Source: a virus (lineage: Duplodnaviria; Caudoviricetes). Taken from it: a stretch of 64,000 bases of DNA. Location: IMG/VR virus record IMGVR_UViG_3300005077_000489, positions 147,230-211,229 of that record; one strand, 5' to 3'. The notes beneath the pieces were generated by a model. The model ran no database searches. It was given only the letters and a program-made list of their open reading frames with translations, and had not been told where the DNA came from. Made by a program: the position numbers and the translations under genes. Below, piece after piece: positions 10,989-22,600 of this stretch (position 1 is the stretch's first letter; every line of letters starts with the position of its first letter).

Positions 10989-11021
10989 TATCCTGCTAGG
11001 AATTACAGCAGGGTATCTTTG
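10989..11021 (+). terminator. Putative intrinsic terminator / stem-loop
   Basis: TATCCTGCT-aggaattac-AGCAGGGTA (9-bp stem with one G-U) followed by TCTTTGT, immediately after the 10987 stop codon. The U-tract is weak. Confidence 0.45.
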
Positions 11022-11039
11022 TAATGGAGGATTTTTATT

Positions 11040-12659
11040 ATGGCTACACCACGTTGGACGGAATTCTATACTAATAGTAGTGGGGTTGGTATAAGCTCCT
11101 ATTTAAACTTAGGACATACACATGATTATATGTACGGGAGAGGTACTCCTCCAGCATTACGTGGTATTACTCCTAGTGAAATACCAATAACCCTAACCTC
11201 TTCTACTAATGATTTGATGGTAACAATGAACGATGGGTTGGCTTCCACGTCAAAGACATTTACCCTGGCGAGCGGAACAAACCTAGACCCAAAGATTCTA
11301 GCACAAGATATAACAGATAAGATGCATCGCGAATACCCTACCAATCATCCTATCTGGACTAATGCCTATTGCTTTTGGTGGGATAATGCGTTTGAATTAC
11401 GGGCTGGAATTGCAGGATTAAATGCCTCTGTTTCTGTTGACTACACAGCCAATAGTGCTGCAGATGCTCTAGGCTTCACCCACGGTGTCACTGCTTATGG
11501 TTCTGATAATTACAGATTATACGGTGGACAAATAGCTGCCGGAAATAAGACTACCAATACTTGGAGTGGGTCAATGACCGGTAGCGGAACTTCTTTTGCT
11601 CCATCTTGGGATGAGTATGTGTTAATGGCAGTTAATGGTGATGCTGGCACCGGACAAGGTACCGCCGAGATAATTACTCATGCTAGTGGTTCCTATCCTG
11701 GAACATTAACTTTAGGTGGTATCTATAACTATGGTGATAATACGACCTATCACATGCACGTAACAGTCAGTGGGTCTTCTTCTTATATGACCGGAGTAAA
11801 GGATGCTGTTCCTGTTATGACTTGGTATGGTGAAGGTGGCGATACTACTATGTCTGGTTCACAAGAATTGCTATATGCTAATTATCCGTACCCATTAGGT
11901 AATAAGGGTTTGTGGGTGAAATTTACAAATGCACCTTTTACTTATCCTGGGGATGCTTGGCAGATACAGGCTAGTGGAGTGTTAACACCGGAAGGATATG
12001 ACTACCAGTGGGGTTCCGCAATGCGGAAAGTTATATGGAGTTCTATTAAAGGTGACACCGAATGGACGCAACAATCAACCGCTACCTTTGGTAATTATTT
12101 TAGGGTTGGAAGGGCTGGTGTATATTTGTCAGCCAATCAAGACTACAATGTGGCACCTGGGGATGTAATTCGTGTGCGGGTCCCTGGTCCTGTTCCTTAT
12201 AGATATGATGTATCTTCAGTTGACTTAGGTAATATTACTGTTACTACGGCTTCCAGGGTTGTGGCCATGCGGTTTGACTTAATAGCTGGGGCTGTGGAAT
12301 TAACTAATGTTAAGTTTAGTTTATTAAATAATGGCGGTATGGGTTATCATGACGGAGTTAATACTCGCTTTCCTTATGGTACTGTGGGTGCTGGTCAACC
12401 AGCGGTAAACACAGATTATGATGTTGGTTGGTGGAACCAAGTCAATGTGAATGACTTAACTCCTCCTAAACCGGATTACTTATATGAGATAGATAATAAT
12501 TTAACTGTGGTATCGACTGCCGACGATTCTAAGACAGTGGGTATAGACCCATTTACATCGTTGATGTCTGACTTTATTTATTTTGCAATACAATTGGGTG
12601 CTGATGAGAGCGGTCAGAAGACTGTTATTTACAGATGTTATTTTGACTATACGGAGTAA
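11040..12659 (+). CDS. Putative virion structural protein (Gly/Thr/Ser-rich, beta-rich)
   Basis: 539 aa with SD GGAGG; composition and position match the structural block; no family recognised. Confidence 0.5.
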   Translation: MATPRWTEFYTNSSGVGISSYLNLGHTHDYMYGRGTPPALRGITPSEIPITLTSSTNDLMVTMNDGLASTSKTFTLASGTNLDPKILAQDITDKMHREYPTNHPIWTNAYCFWWDNAFELRAGIAGLNASVSVDYTANSAADALGFTHGVTAYGSDNYRLYGGQIAAGNKTTNTWSGSMTGSGTSFAPSWDEYVLMAVNGDAGTGQGTAEIITHASGSYPGTLTLGGIYNYGDNTTYHMHVTVSGSSSYMTGVKDAVPVMTWYGEGGDTTMSGSQELLYANYPYPLGNKGLWVKFTNAPFTYPGDAWQIQASGVLTPEGYDYQWGSAMRKVIWSSIKGDTEWTQQSTATFGNYFRVGRAGVYLSANQDYNVAPGDVIRVRVPGPVPYRYDVSSVDLGNITVTTASRVVAMRFDLIAGAVELTNVKFSLLNNGGMGYHDGVNTRFPYGTVGAGQPAVNTDYDVGWWNQVNVNDLTPPKPDYLYEIDNNLTVVSTADDSKTVGIDPFTSLMSDFIYFAIQLGADESGQKTVIYRCYFDYTE

Positions 12660-12668
12660 TTTATTCTA

Positions 12669-13313
12669 ATGATTACTAGAACATATCCAACAGAGTACTC
12701 TCTTTATGGTGCTGATGTTGATATAATACAAGCAATACGGGATAAGATAGGTGATAGGCTGGAACTTAGGAGATACTATTTACCATCAGGCAATGAGAAT
12801 TTAGCACGGTACGTTCAGACAGACAATCTAACATTTTACGACAGCACCACCAAGTTCTGGCCTTATCACATTAAGGTAGGATCTCTGACCTGCTCCGGTA
12901 TCACTAATCCACAGGTCCTGGGTTATCATTATTTAGTGTTCCAAGACCCTGTAGGAAATGTCACTACATCCGGGATAGACTTCTGGGTGGATACATTTAA
13001 ATTATCTGATTATGAAATATGGACGGCGTACTTAAGTGTAGATTTATCTCCGTTGGTTAAAGACCCTGACTGTATTACAGAGGATATGGAAATAATTAAG
13101 GCTGCAATAGACTTAGTTCCGAGTATGCGTACTAAAATAGATGATTTGTATACTTCTAAAGAGGTCGTTGATAATGATACCAGATACAGACAAGACCGAG
13201 CGACCTCTATAGACCCATTTAAAGATTTATTGGATGGTTTGCAAGACCAACTTGATAAACTCATTAAGGAAAATTGTTATAGATTATTACAAGATGGTTA
13301 TAGGGTTGAATAG
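12669..13313 (+). CDS. Putative head-tail connector/adaptor-like protein
   Basis: 214 aa. 'IQAIRDKIGD ... FKLSDYEI ... helical C-terminus' resembles the IR-x-x-IGD / SD-x-EI pattern of gp15/gp6-like adaptors; weak. Confidence 0.35.
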   Translation: MITRTYPTEYSLYGADVDIIQAIRDKIGDRLELRRYYLPSGNENLARYVQTDNLTFYDSTTKFWPYHIKVGSLTCSGITNPQVLGYHYLVFQDPVGNVTTSGIDFWVDTFKLSDYEIWTAYLSVDLSPLVKDPDCITEDMEIIKAAIDLVPSMRTKIDDLYTSKEVVDNDTRYRQDRATSIDPFKDLLDGLQDQLDKLIKENCYRLLQDGYRVE

Positions 13314-13321
13314 GAGGAGAT

Positions 13322-13645
13322 ATGAGGGGATGGGTGGTTAAATACAAAGATGGACAAGTAATAGCTGAATGGGATTTCGGAAAGCCCTTCAGTCAATTAC
13401 CAAATCAAAATAGTATAGATGCTGTGGCAATAGTACACAGAGATACAAACAGAAAGTGGATTATTAGTGGTAAAGAAAATTATTTTGCTATGAAAAGAGA
13501 ATCGATGCTGATGGGGTTAGGAATTAGCAGCGGAAGAAGAATTGAATCGAGAACAATAGGGTATTGGGAAGACGGTAAAAAAGTGCTATTTACCGTAGAT
13601 GAACTTACAGGAGAACCACGCGGTCCTTATCTAGCGAAGGAGTAA
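13322..13645 (+). CDS. Hypothetical protein
   Basis: 107 aa, SD AGGAGGAG, tiles the operon. Confidence 0.6.
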   Translation: MRGWVVKYKDGQVIAEWDFGKPFSQLPNQNSIDAVAIVHRDTNRKWIISGKENYFAMKRESMLMGLGISSGRRIESRTIGYWEDGKKVLFTVDELTGEPRGPYLAKE

Positions 13646-13652
13646 GGACTAG

Positions 13653-16600
13653 ATGCCTTCCTATCTTAAATATCGAATAAAGCATACTTCAGAACAAACT
13701 ACTTCATTATATGATTATCAGGCATTACCTCCTGATATATTAGAACAAATGACTAACAGTGGTGTCTTCGAGGAAACAGATAGAAATATCTTGCCTTCGA
13801 CCTGCACGTTTATCACTAGAGTTATGTATAATGATATATATTACTATCTGTGTGGAATAAAAATAATAGCACAACGCTCAGATTTAATAGCCAGTGATGA
13901 AAGAGAAGGAGATGGAAAGCTATTAGATAAAGAGGGCTGGAATGAACGCCGGGTTTCAGGGGCTCTTAAAACTAAAGGCGATAACTTATTCCAATCATCC
14001 GAACCTAATAAATTCTCTTATGTAGAAAATGCGTATTTCAAATGTAAATACTGTAATATGAGGACTGCTTCCGCCACAAAGCACGGTATTACTACAGACG
14101 AAACAATAGAGTTCCCTATATGCAATTGTTATACTCCGCGTGGAGGTATGGCAATCACAGTGTTCGATGGTGCTGTCCAAGGCAATTTGGCTACAGGTTA
14201 CATATCCAATGTTCAAAATCCCGAGGAGTTTACTAATACAACGCAAGAATGGGGAGAGGCGTCTTCCGATCTAGAGAAGTATATGCATAATGTGAATAAG
14301 CCTTTTGTAGCATATCCTAATATACCGCAACCTCAGTCAAAACAACCCGAATATCCTCCCTCTGATAAAATTGGAATTATTTATGTACTATTAAACGCTA
14401 GGGCTCGTGTAGCCCCTTGTTGCTATTATAACAGTATACCATGGCAATATACCAGTAGATATTTCAGATTAATAGATTTGGCTGTTGCCCAACATAAAGT
14501 AAAATGTGGTAAAGCAGTAGGTACCGAAAATAAATTTGAGGATTTTAAACCATATCCTGTATCAAATAAGACTGGTATTAGTGATATCGGAGTATATACT
14601 TATTTAGATGAGAGCGATTACTACCCAGATTCGGACCCGGATGCTTATTTTAAAAATATTTTGTTAGGGCGAAATTACGATCCTTCTTTACCTGAGTGCG
14701 GTAACAACAGAAGGTTGATTTACACTCTACATTATGCTGTGACTGGTAAATTAACTAGAGACATAAGAGAGGATGATAAAGGTAAATGTACGGATTTACC
14801 ACAAGATGGGATTTGGCATTATGACAATAATTCTACCTTTTCTCCTAGGAATTGTAATCATCCGAGTTGCTCAGTAAAATATCAATGGGGTCACCTATGT
14901 AATGGTGGCGGCTCCTTTGATTTGGCACTTGGCAAAGCGTGTCCTTATTATGAAAATCCATTAATGGGGGATAAAGATACAAATAGATATTCTAAGTTAC
15001 AGAATATGTATGCTGGGGACTCTGTCACCGGGGCTGCAATACTGGAGTTAATGTGGATGTGCAAAGGCGGTCTTCCTTGGACACAAGAGGAGTGGGAAAC
15101 AGTCTGGAGAGTTCCTTATATATGGTCTACAGTCCCGTTTAGTCCAATAGCTTATCAGACAGATTTGATAACAGACGAGTCTGGTAAAAAAATAAAAAGT
15201 AATTTATGGCATACCGAATATAAACAGTATGCTCAACGTACTAGCGTAGATTTGGTTACAGGTAAGATACAAGTAAAACCTCCTGTTTTATTACCTGGGG
15301 GAACTGTAACGTTAAGGAAACGTAAAGATGCTAGCTCCTTAGAGGATGGCGAACGAATCCCTGATTTTCCTACAATTGTAAGAAACATTCAAATGAACGC
15401 TACAGGAACCATAAGAATACTTTGGCCAAATCCTGATTTAAAAAATTCGACCTTTAATGTTACCAGCCCGCAAGACTACGCTAATCAACTCCTAGAATTA
15501 AAAACTAAGGTATACAATAAATTAATATGGTCCAGAGATAGTTTGGGGACGGAAGTGATTGCATATGCAAATCCTTTTGAACTAGAGTCCGGGATATATT
15601 GTATAAATACAGCATTTCTTGTTGGGGCGTGGGCACAGAAACGATATGAATTAGAAGATGCTCTAGAATCTAATGATTTACTTACCAAAAGGGTACAGAC
15701 GATACTACAAGATTTGTGGCATGATTTAATAAGATCAAAAATAGCCGGTGCTTCTTCTATACTTGATGGAATGCCATTATTAAAGACCTCTATATCTTCC
15801 TTAGGTAATATAATATTTCCTCAAGTTCCCCTTAGTTGTTTAGAAGATATTAATCATATTATTGTGTTTGGTTTCAATAAAGCAGGAATGATATCATCTT
15901 ATATGGTTAAGGTACGCCCTATTTTCTGTCATGGTTATACATATCAAGCAGAGACTTCCCTATGTACTTCCTGGAAGGCTGTGTGGAATGGTAGACCTTC
16001 TCTTTTTTACAACGCTAATCGTCTAAAAGATATTAATGTAACTGAGGAGGATGGTAATAAAATATTGAAGGGCTCTTCTATAATGATAGGCAACACTATG
16101 TATAATACTTCTACTGGTATAAAAGTAGATGTATCTACACTGGATTATTTTATAGCAGAGCAGCAAGGTAAACTGGTTGCACTAATAAACTCTGTTGGGT
16201 CTGCCGATAGTGATAGTTTAAGAACATCGTTGAATAATCAGATTATTTCTACTAATAGTTATTTAACCTCTCTTATAGAACAAAGGCGTAAACAACTTCT
16301 GGATGACTCCAGTATTTATACTGATCCTAAAACTATCTCAGAAGTTATAACCTATCTTAATGAACGTATACGCTATCTAAATAATGAAATATCAATTATA
16401 GACAGGGTCTTAAAAACTTCTTTAACAGAGCAATCCACTTTAGCCTATCAAACATTAAAAAATGATTATGATGTAGAGCGTAGGGCTCTGCAGCAGAAGG
16501 TAATCCAACTTGCAGGTAGCAGCGGTGGGACCACCACAACTACCTCTTCCACTCCGGATACTGATAATGACGAACAAGATGAGGCATATGATTATAGAAG

Positions 16601-19600
16601 TGTTAACAGGTCCTACAGTGCTGGTAAAGCCGGTAATGTAGATATCTTACAAGACACAAGAAACTATACCGCTGGAGATATAGATACAGACGAAAATGGC
16701 TCTATTACCATAGATTCTACCACAGAACTGCCTTCTCCATACCCGTCTAGGTACTATGTACCTTACTTAAACCCAGACGTAACAAAGCATAAGGACTTAG
16801 ATAATTATTATAAGTTACTAAAAACGGCTACCAAGGAAAGTATTACTTTAAACATACCGGATAACTCGGGTGTAGCAAAATGGAAGGTACTGGAAGTATC
16901 TCAGAAGACAGATAAGATATTAGCAGGTTCTTATTCGTTTCCGTGTAGTGGTGCCAAGAAGGTTGTAGTGTATTCTACTAGAGATTCCGACAATCCTAAT
17001 AATAGTAAGGGGGCAGACCAACCAAAGGGTGTTAAGTTAACGGAAGATTTAGGAAAATGGTATAAGACATCTTCCTGTAATCATATGATTATATTAATTA
17101 TGAATCCGGAGATTTTCAATAGGCATACTGAGAGGATGATCTTTAGTCTGTCGGGACAAATGTCTGTCTGGGATAAAGATGCTTCGGGAAATTTAGTGGA
17201 GAGCAAAAAATTAATAAAGTTTGTCCCTATAAATTATACTCAGGTTCCTCGTGCATTCCCCGGTTATAACAGGTCTAAGGACGCGGCACAAATTGGTTTT
17301 ACAACGGAAGACGGGGTAACCTATTCTAAAATACAAGTATCGGAAGGGGTAGAAGTATTAGAATTAGATGATAACAATAGGCATCCGTGGGTATTTTTTG
17401 CCTATCCAGTTAGTGAAGAGACCTATGTGCAGGAATGGCGTTTTTATGATAAGGCATGGAGTCCGGTTGTGCCCAATCAGCAGCTAGTAATAATACCAGA
17501 TAAAGTTGAACTAGATTTATATATAGAATTTGCTTATATAGCAGAAATATATGATTCCTTTGGTTCCGACCAATATAAGTGGGAAAACAACGAGTGTCAA
17601 ACGAAGATACTGCACGACCATCCGAAATCTGGTGTCATCCGCACGGTTATGGATTATACAGATGCCAATAATAAAGTTGATGGTTTTACTAAGGTACCGG
17701 CGGGCTCCCATTCTATGGCTACTCTTTGGCCTTATGCAAGATATGCGTGTCGTGATTATGAAATAACATATGCTTGGAGGGATACATATAAAGGATGGGA
17801 GTTAACCGTTCAAAATATGTTGGGGGAGTGGAGTAGTAGTAGGCAGGGGTATCACAATAGAACTTTCAGCCAACCACAAACCCTTACTTACTATACGCAG
17901 GGAGACCATGACTTAGGAACAGAATTTCAACCGAAAATAGCGTATAAAGAGCGTGCAGTAAGAGAAGAAAATATGAACGTTGGAATATATGATGTAAAAC
18001 GTTCTGCCTACGGAGAATCCTTCGAGACAAAAACAGATAAGTCTATCACAGATAAAGACCCTATTAACAGTTTTCCTACTGGCGAGGGGCGTGTTTGTGC
18101 TCCCCCTAGATCTTCCCAAGGTGCCGCATATTATCCATATACTAGATGTGAAGAATACTCCCTGTATGTGCCACGCCATAAAACGTATATCTGGGATTTC
18201 CTGGAGAAGTGGAGGAATAAACCAGAGGAAAATGAGTATCTAGGTGGTCTTAGATTGCGGGCGACTGACTGGTGTGTTAAAGGCGGGACCGTAACGAGAA
18301 AGAGGCAGTGGTCAAAATACTGGTACTATGATCCCACCAAAGAAACATCTTTCTTAGGTAGATCTAAAACAAGAGGACCTGTATTCCCATTAGAATATAA
18401 GGAGTATTATGAATTACCTACAAAGACAGTATTCTTAAAACCTTATTCTATACGTACTGGTTCAGAATCACAAGATTGTTACTGTCCTGAATGTAATAAA
18501 TATTTTGTTTGTGCGGACAGCCCTGGGCAATGTCCTTATTGTAATTCGAAAAGTATAGAGCGTGTGACGGGTTGGGATGCCCATTGGCTTACTTTGTTGG
18601 AGCGAGTGGATTCCGAAAGCACCTCTTATACTCCCCAGTCCTCAGAGGATACCGAGGCTTCTAGTGTTACAGTCACAGTTCTGAAATCTTCTGGGTTACC
18701 GAACCAATATTATCAATGGCGTGAATTAGTTACGCGTTTATTCAATGCCTGGAAATCAAATGGGACATATTCGGCACAATCTTTCACAGATTTTGAAAGA
18801 GAACAAGCCCGCGGAAGAACCAAAGGTTGGTATGCTAACATTGTAGGAGGAAAACTGGAGTTTGTTAATGATGAGGGTAACTACCAGTCTAGTGCGGCTG
18901 CCTCTGCGGGAGATGCTTCCCCCCGTGACATGGTCACTGGTTGTGAAAAAACTGACTTAGGAAAACGGAGTGATTTAGGTTCTTTTCAAATAAGTGATGG
19001 CTATATACCAGGTAGCGTTGATTTTTCGTCATCCACTACGAGTAATGAACTAGATACGCTGGAGTCAGAAGTTACTATTGCTACAGAACAAGTGGCGGCT
19101 ATTGAAGCAGACCTTGAAAATTTCAGGTCTTGGCGTAATACGATGACTTCGAGCCCACATACACTTTATGAGGTTGGCGGGGTTACATACTCATTACGTG
19201 TCTGTAGTGACCCAGAATATTACAAAGGGGAGGAATGTATAGATACAAAGATTTCAGCATTGGAGAGCCAACTGGTTGAGGCTACTAATGTAATGAATAA
19301 GAAAGAAGGTATATTATATGATAAGTATCAAAACACCGCTGCCGGTTATATTAGGAAAGATATAGCCACAAAAGCGGCTAAGGCTAGGACACAAATAGAA
19401 GCTAGTTGCATGCGTTATTATGAGTATACCCAAAAGTCTTTTGGTTATAATTTACCATGGAGCCCTTATGACTCCCCACCGCTCTTTGGTAATATGGGTA
19501 GAGAATTCTGGGGTGTTGATCTATGTACCCTAGGCTCTGTTATATCTTGGTTACCACGACGTGCTACTAAAATAATTCAGGTTAATAATTGGAATGGTTC

Positions 19601-22600
19601 ATCGGATAATACGAAGATACCTAGTTGGTGGACCGCCGGAAACCCAGAAGGTGAGCCCCTGGAATTAATTACTTTGTTGAATCCACCAATAGAATGTACT
19701 AGGGCAATAAGTCTGATGTCCTCCACTGCCCAGAATCCTTTCTATAACTATGTGATGTATGATAAGCCCTTCTATGAAACGATTCCCAGTCCTGCTACCA
19801 GTAATGAAACGAATATATTTGAAAATAGATACTGGGTAAAAGATTTGCGTATAGTTACAAAGCATGACACCGGACATTACGGAGAACAGGGTTATAGATC
19901 TGATGTGGGTCGGTTTGTTATATTTGGTAGGGAAGGGGACCACACCCGGGATTTTAAAGTACACGGAGATAGCCCATCGCACTATGACTATTACGAAAAT
20001 ATCTTTGATACTATAACTGGTTTTTCAAGTGGTAGTTCCGGGTCAACAGAAACTAGTGTACCCCCTCTCTACTATATAGAGGGTAAGGATGTCAAAGGCT
20101 TTTCGGTCGGACATAATGAAACTATGTCTGTCGGTGACTATTATCCTGGTTATTTCAGCCCTATAAATCATTCTAAATTTTTTACAGGGTTCCAATCTTC
20201 TCCCGCCGGAACCAACAATATACATTGGGCGTGGCCTGTATCTAATAAAGATATACTAAGAAGATCTAAACGTCTAGTTCGGTGGTATGCTGATCAAATA
20301 ACTTCTAATGCTGATAATACAGATGTAAAATTTGAGGCAGATTACAAAGAAGACGAGGGTATTAATGCTCTTTCTTATTTAGCCTGTGCACCTTATTTAA
20401 AGAAAAGAACTACTACGGGTGAAGACGATGGCAGGGAGATATCTGGAGGACCTAAATTAAAAGAGGATACTAATTCTCGTACCTTATATAATAATGAAGT
20501 TCGCCATAAAAACACTTATTTTGCTATAGTTGCTGAATCAGAACGTGTTTATGGTGGTGTACTAAGACCTCCTCTAATCTGGGTAGAACAAATAGATAAT
20601 AAAAACTTAACAGAGATAGGGCACTTCAAGGTTCCTAGTTCTGATTCTATGCCCCACAGAATTAAGACAGATGGGACGTTGCAACCTGTAAAGTTAGATG
20701 AGGGTGACGAAAACTTCAAAAATGCTGATGGTTCCCCTAGTTACAAGACAGCATTCTCTACTGGTTCTATAAGTGATTTAAGTAATAATTATGTAAACCC
20801 GGCAGACGGTGCCAATTTGTTTACGTCAAAAGGAGTAAATAGTTCCGGTTACTTTCCTGGTTTTATAGCCGACTATATTGATTATAGTTATATAGGTAAA
20901 GTTTATAATGAAAAGAGGCTTTATGATTTAACTACTGTGAGTGGTAATCGTTGGGCTAACACCAGATTGACAAAGAAGATTTCTTCATTTGGGCAGAACA
21001 ACCATGAAGTTACTGGAACAATTACTATACCTAGATTTGAGGCTAACGCCAGTCACATAGAGTTAAAGTTAAACTACGGGTTCGAGGATGGAATTATAAG
21101 TAAATTATTCACGAATTACTCAGATGCTATTACCCTACAGATACGTGTTTATGGTAGTCCTGTCCCGGGTGTTAATCTAACTACCGGTAACTTTGATAAA
21201 ACACTAACCAAGTCTATACCACTTAGTAATTCTGATTTAACAGAAGACGGATCTGTTATATTTGATTTAGACTTTTTGATGACTAAAAGTATAGCGATAG
21301 AATGTACCTTTTTAGTACATATGAATGTAACAGATTTTTACCTTGGTCCTTGGAAGGGTAAAGAAACGAAGATTGAGGTCGGAAAAACTGTTCCGGATGC
21401 GGGTAATTACTGTTACTTTAAAGACCTATTTGATTATGTAAAACTGGGTATATTATTCCCAGGTAAGTGTGCAGAAGTAGTAGAAGTGGAAGAACGTGGC
21501 TTTGTTATAACCACTGGTGGTAGTTGTTTTCATACTACATCTACAGGTAAGACCAAAGACCCGAAAGAAGACACGAAGACGTCAACACAGTATAATTTTT
21601 TTACTGACTCCCAATCTTACTGGTATAAACCAAACTGGTCGGAGTCATATAACAGGACCGACCCAAAAGAAGGTTGGTGGCAAAATTCAGGACGATCTGA
21701 TGATGCTTGGGTTACTGAGGGTTACAAAGCCATGCTTGCATCTCTCCAAGAGAGTGACTCTAATATAGGGAAAGTACCGAAAGCAGAGGTTTTCCCTAAA
21801 GTTTGTGTTGAAATTCCTGAGTTGTGCTACTCCAGATTAAAGATGGAGGCGTGGGAGAATGATATTCCCTCGGTAGAAGGTAAAGACTGGACATGGGGCG
21901 GCGTGTGGACGACCAGGATGTCAGGACCAGAATGGACTACTAATGACCAATATCCTAGTAGAGATAAAATTTGGTGGCCTGCTATCCCTTATGGTGAAGG
22001 TCATTTAACATTTAAAGGAAGGTATTTTAGTTTTGGTCAGCAGTATAAAGATGAGGCTAGAGTTAGGAACAACAGCAACAAAAGAGTAATAGATACTAAT
22101 GATAAGTATAATGAATATGCTTACAAGTATGAGTTAACGGCTTTTGATGCTCTGCTGAAAAGTGTTGAACAAATAGAGAACCTAAGTGCCGAACAAAGAC
22201 GTAGCTTAGCCTATAGCAGGCATTACGGGGGCTCTGTTCCCAACTCTATAGCACCGGGTCAACCCTATAATTCATCGATATCATACTCCACAACGGCTGG
22301 TACTACGTTGGGTAATTTCAGTGGAAGGTCTGCTAATGATGCTCTACAAGATGTTATGAAAACCTCTGATTGGGCGAACAATATGGCTAACAGTGCTACC
22401 GATGCTATATATGATACAGTTAATAATGCTAGAAATTACATAGTAGCAGATAGGCGGCAATGGAGATTATTAGAAGAAGTAGCAATGGACGTAGACGAGG
22501 TAAGTTGGGATTTGCTACGAAACAGGGAGGAGATTCCACAAAAAGAAATATTTGGTCTGGCAGAAAGTAGGAATGATATGGGAGGTAGAATAAGGATGAA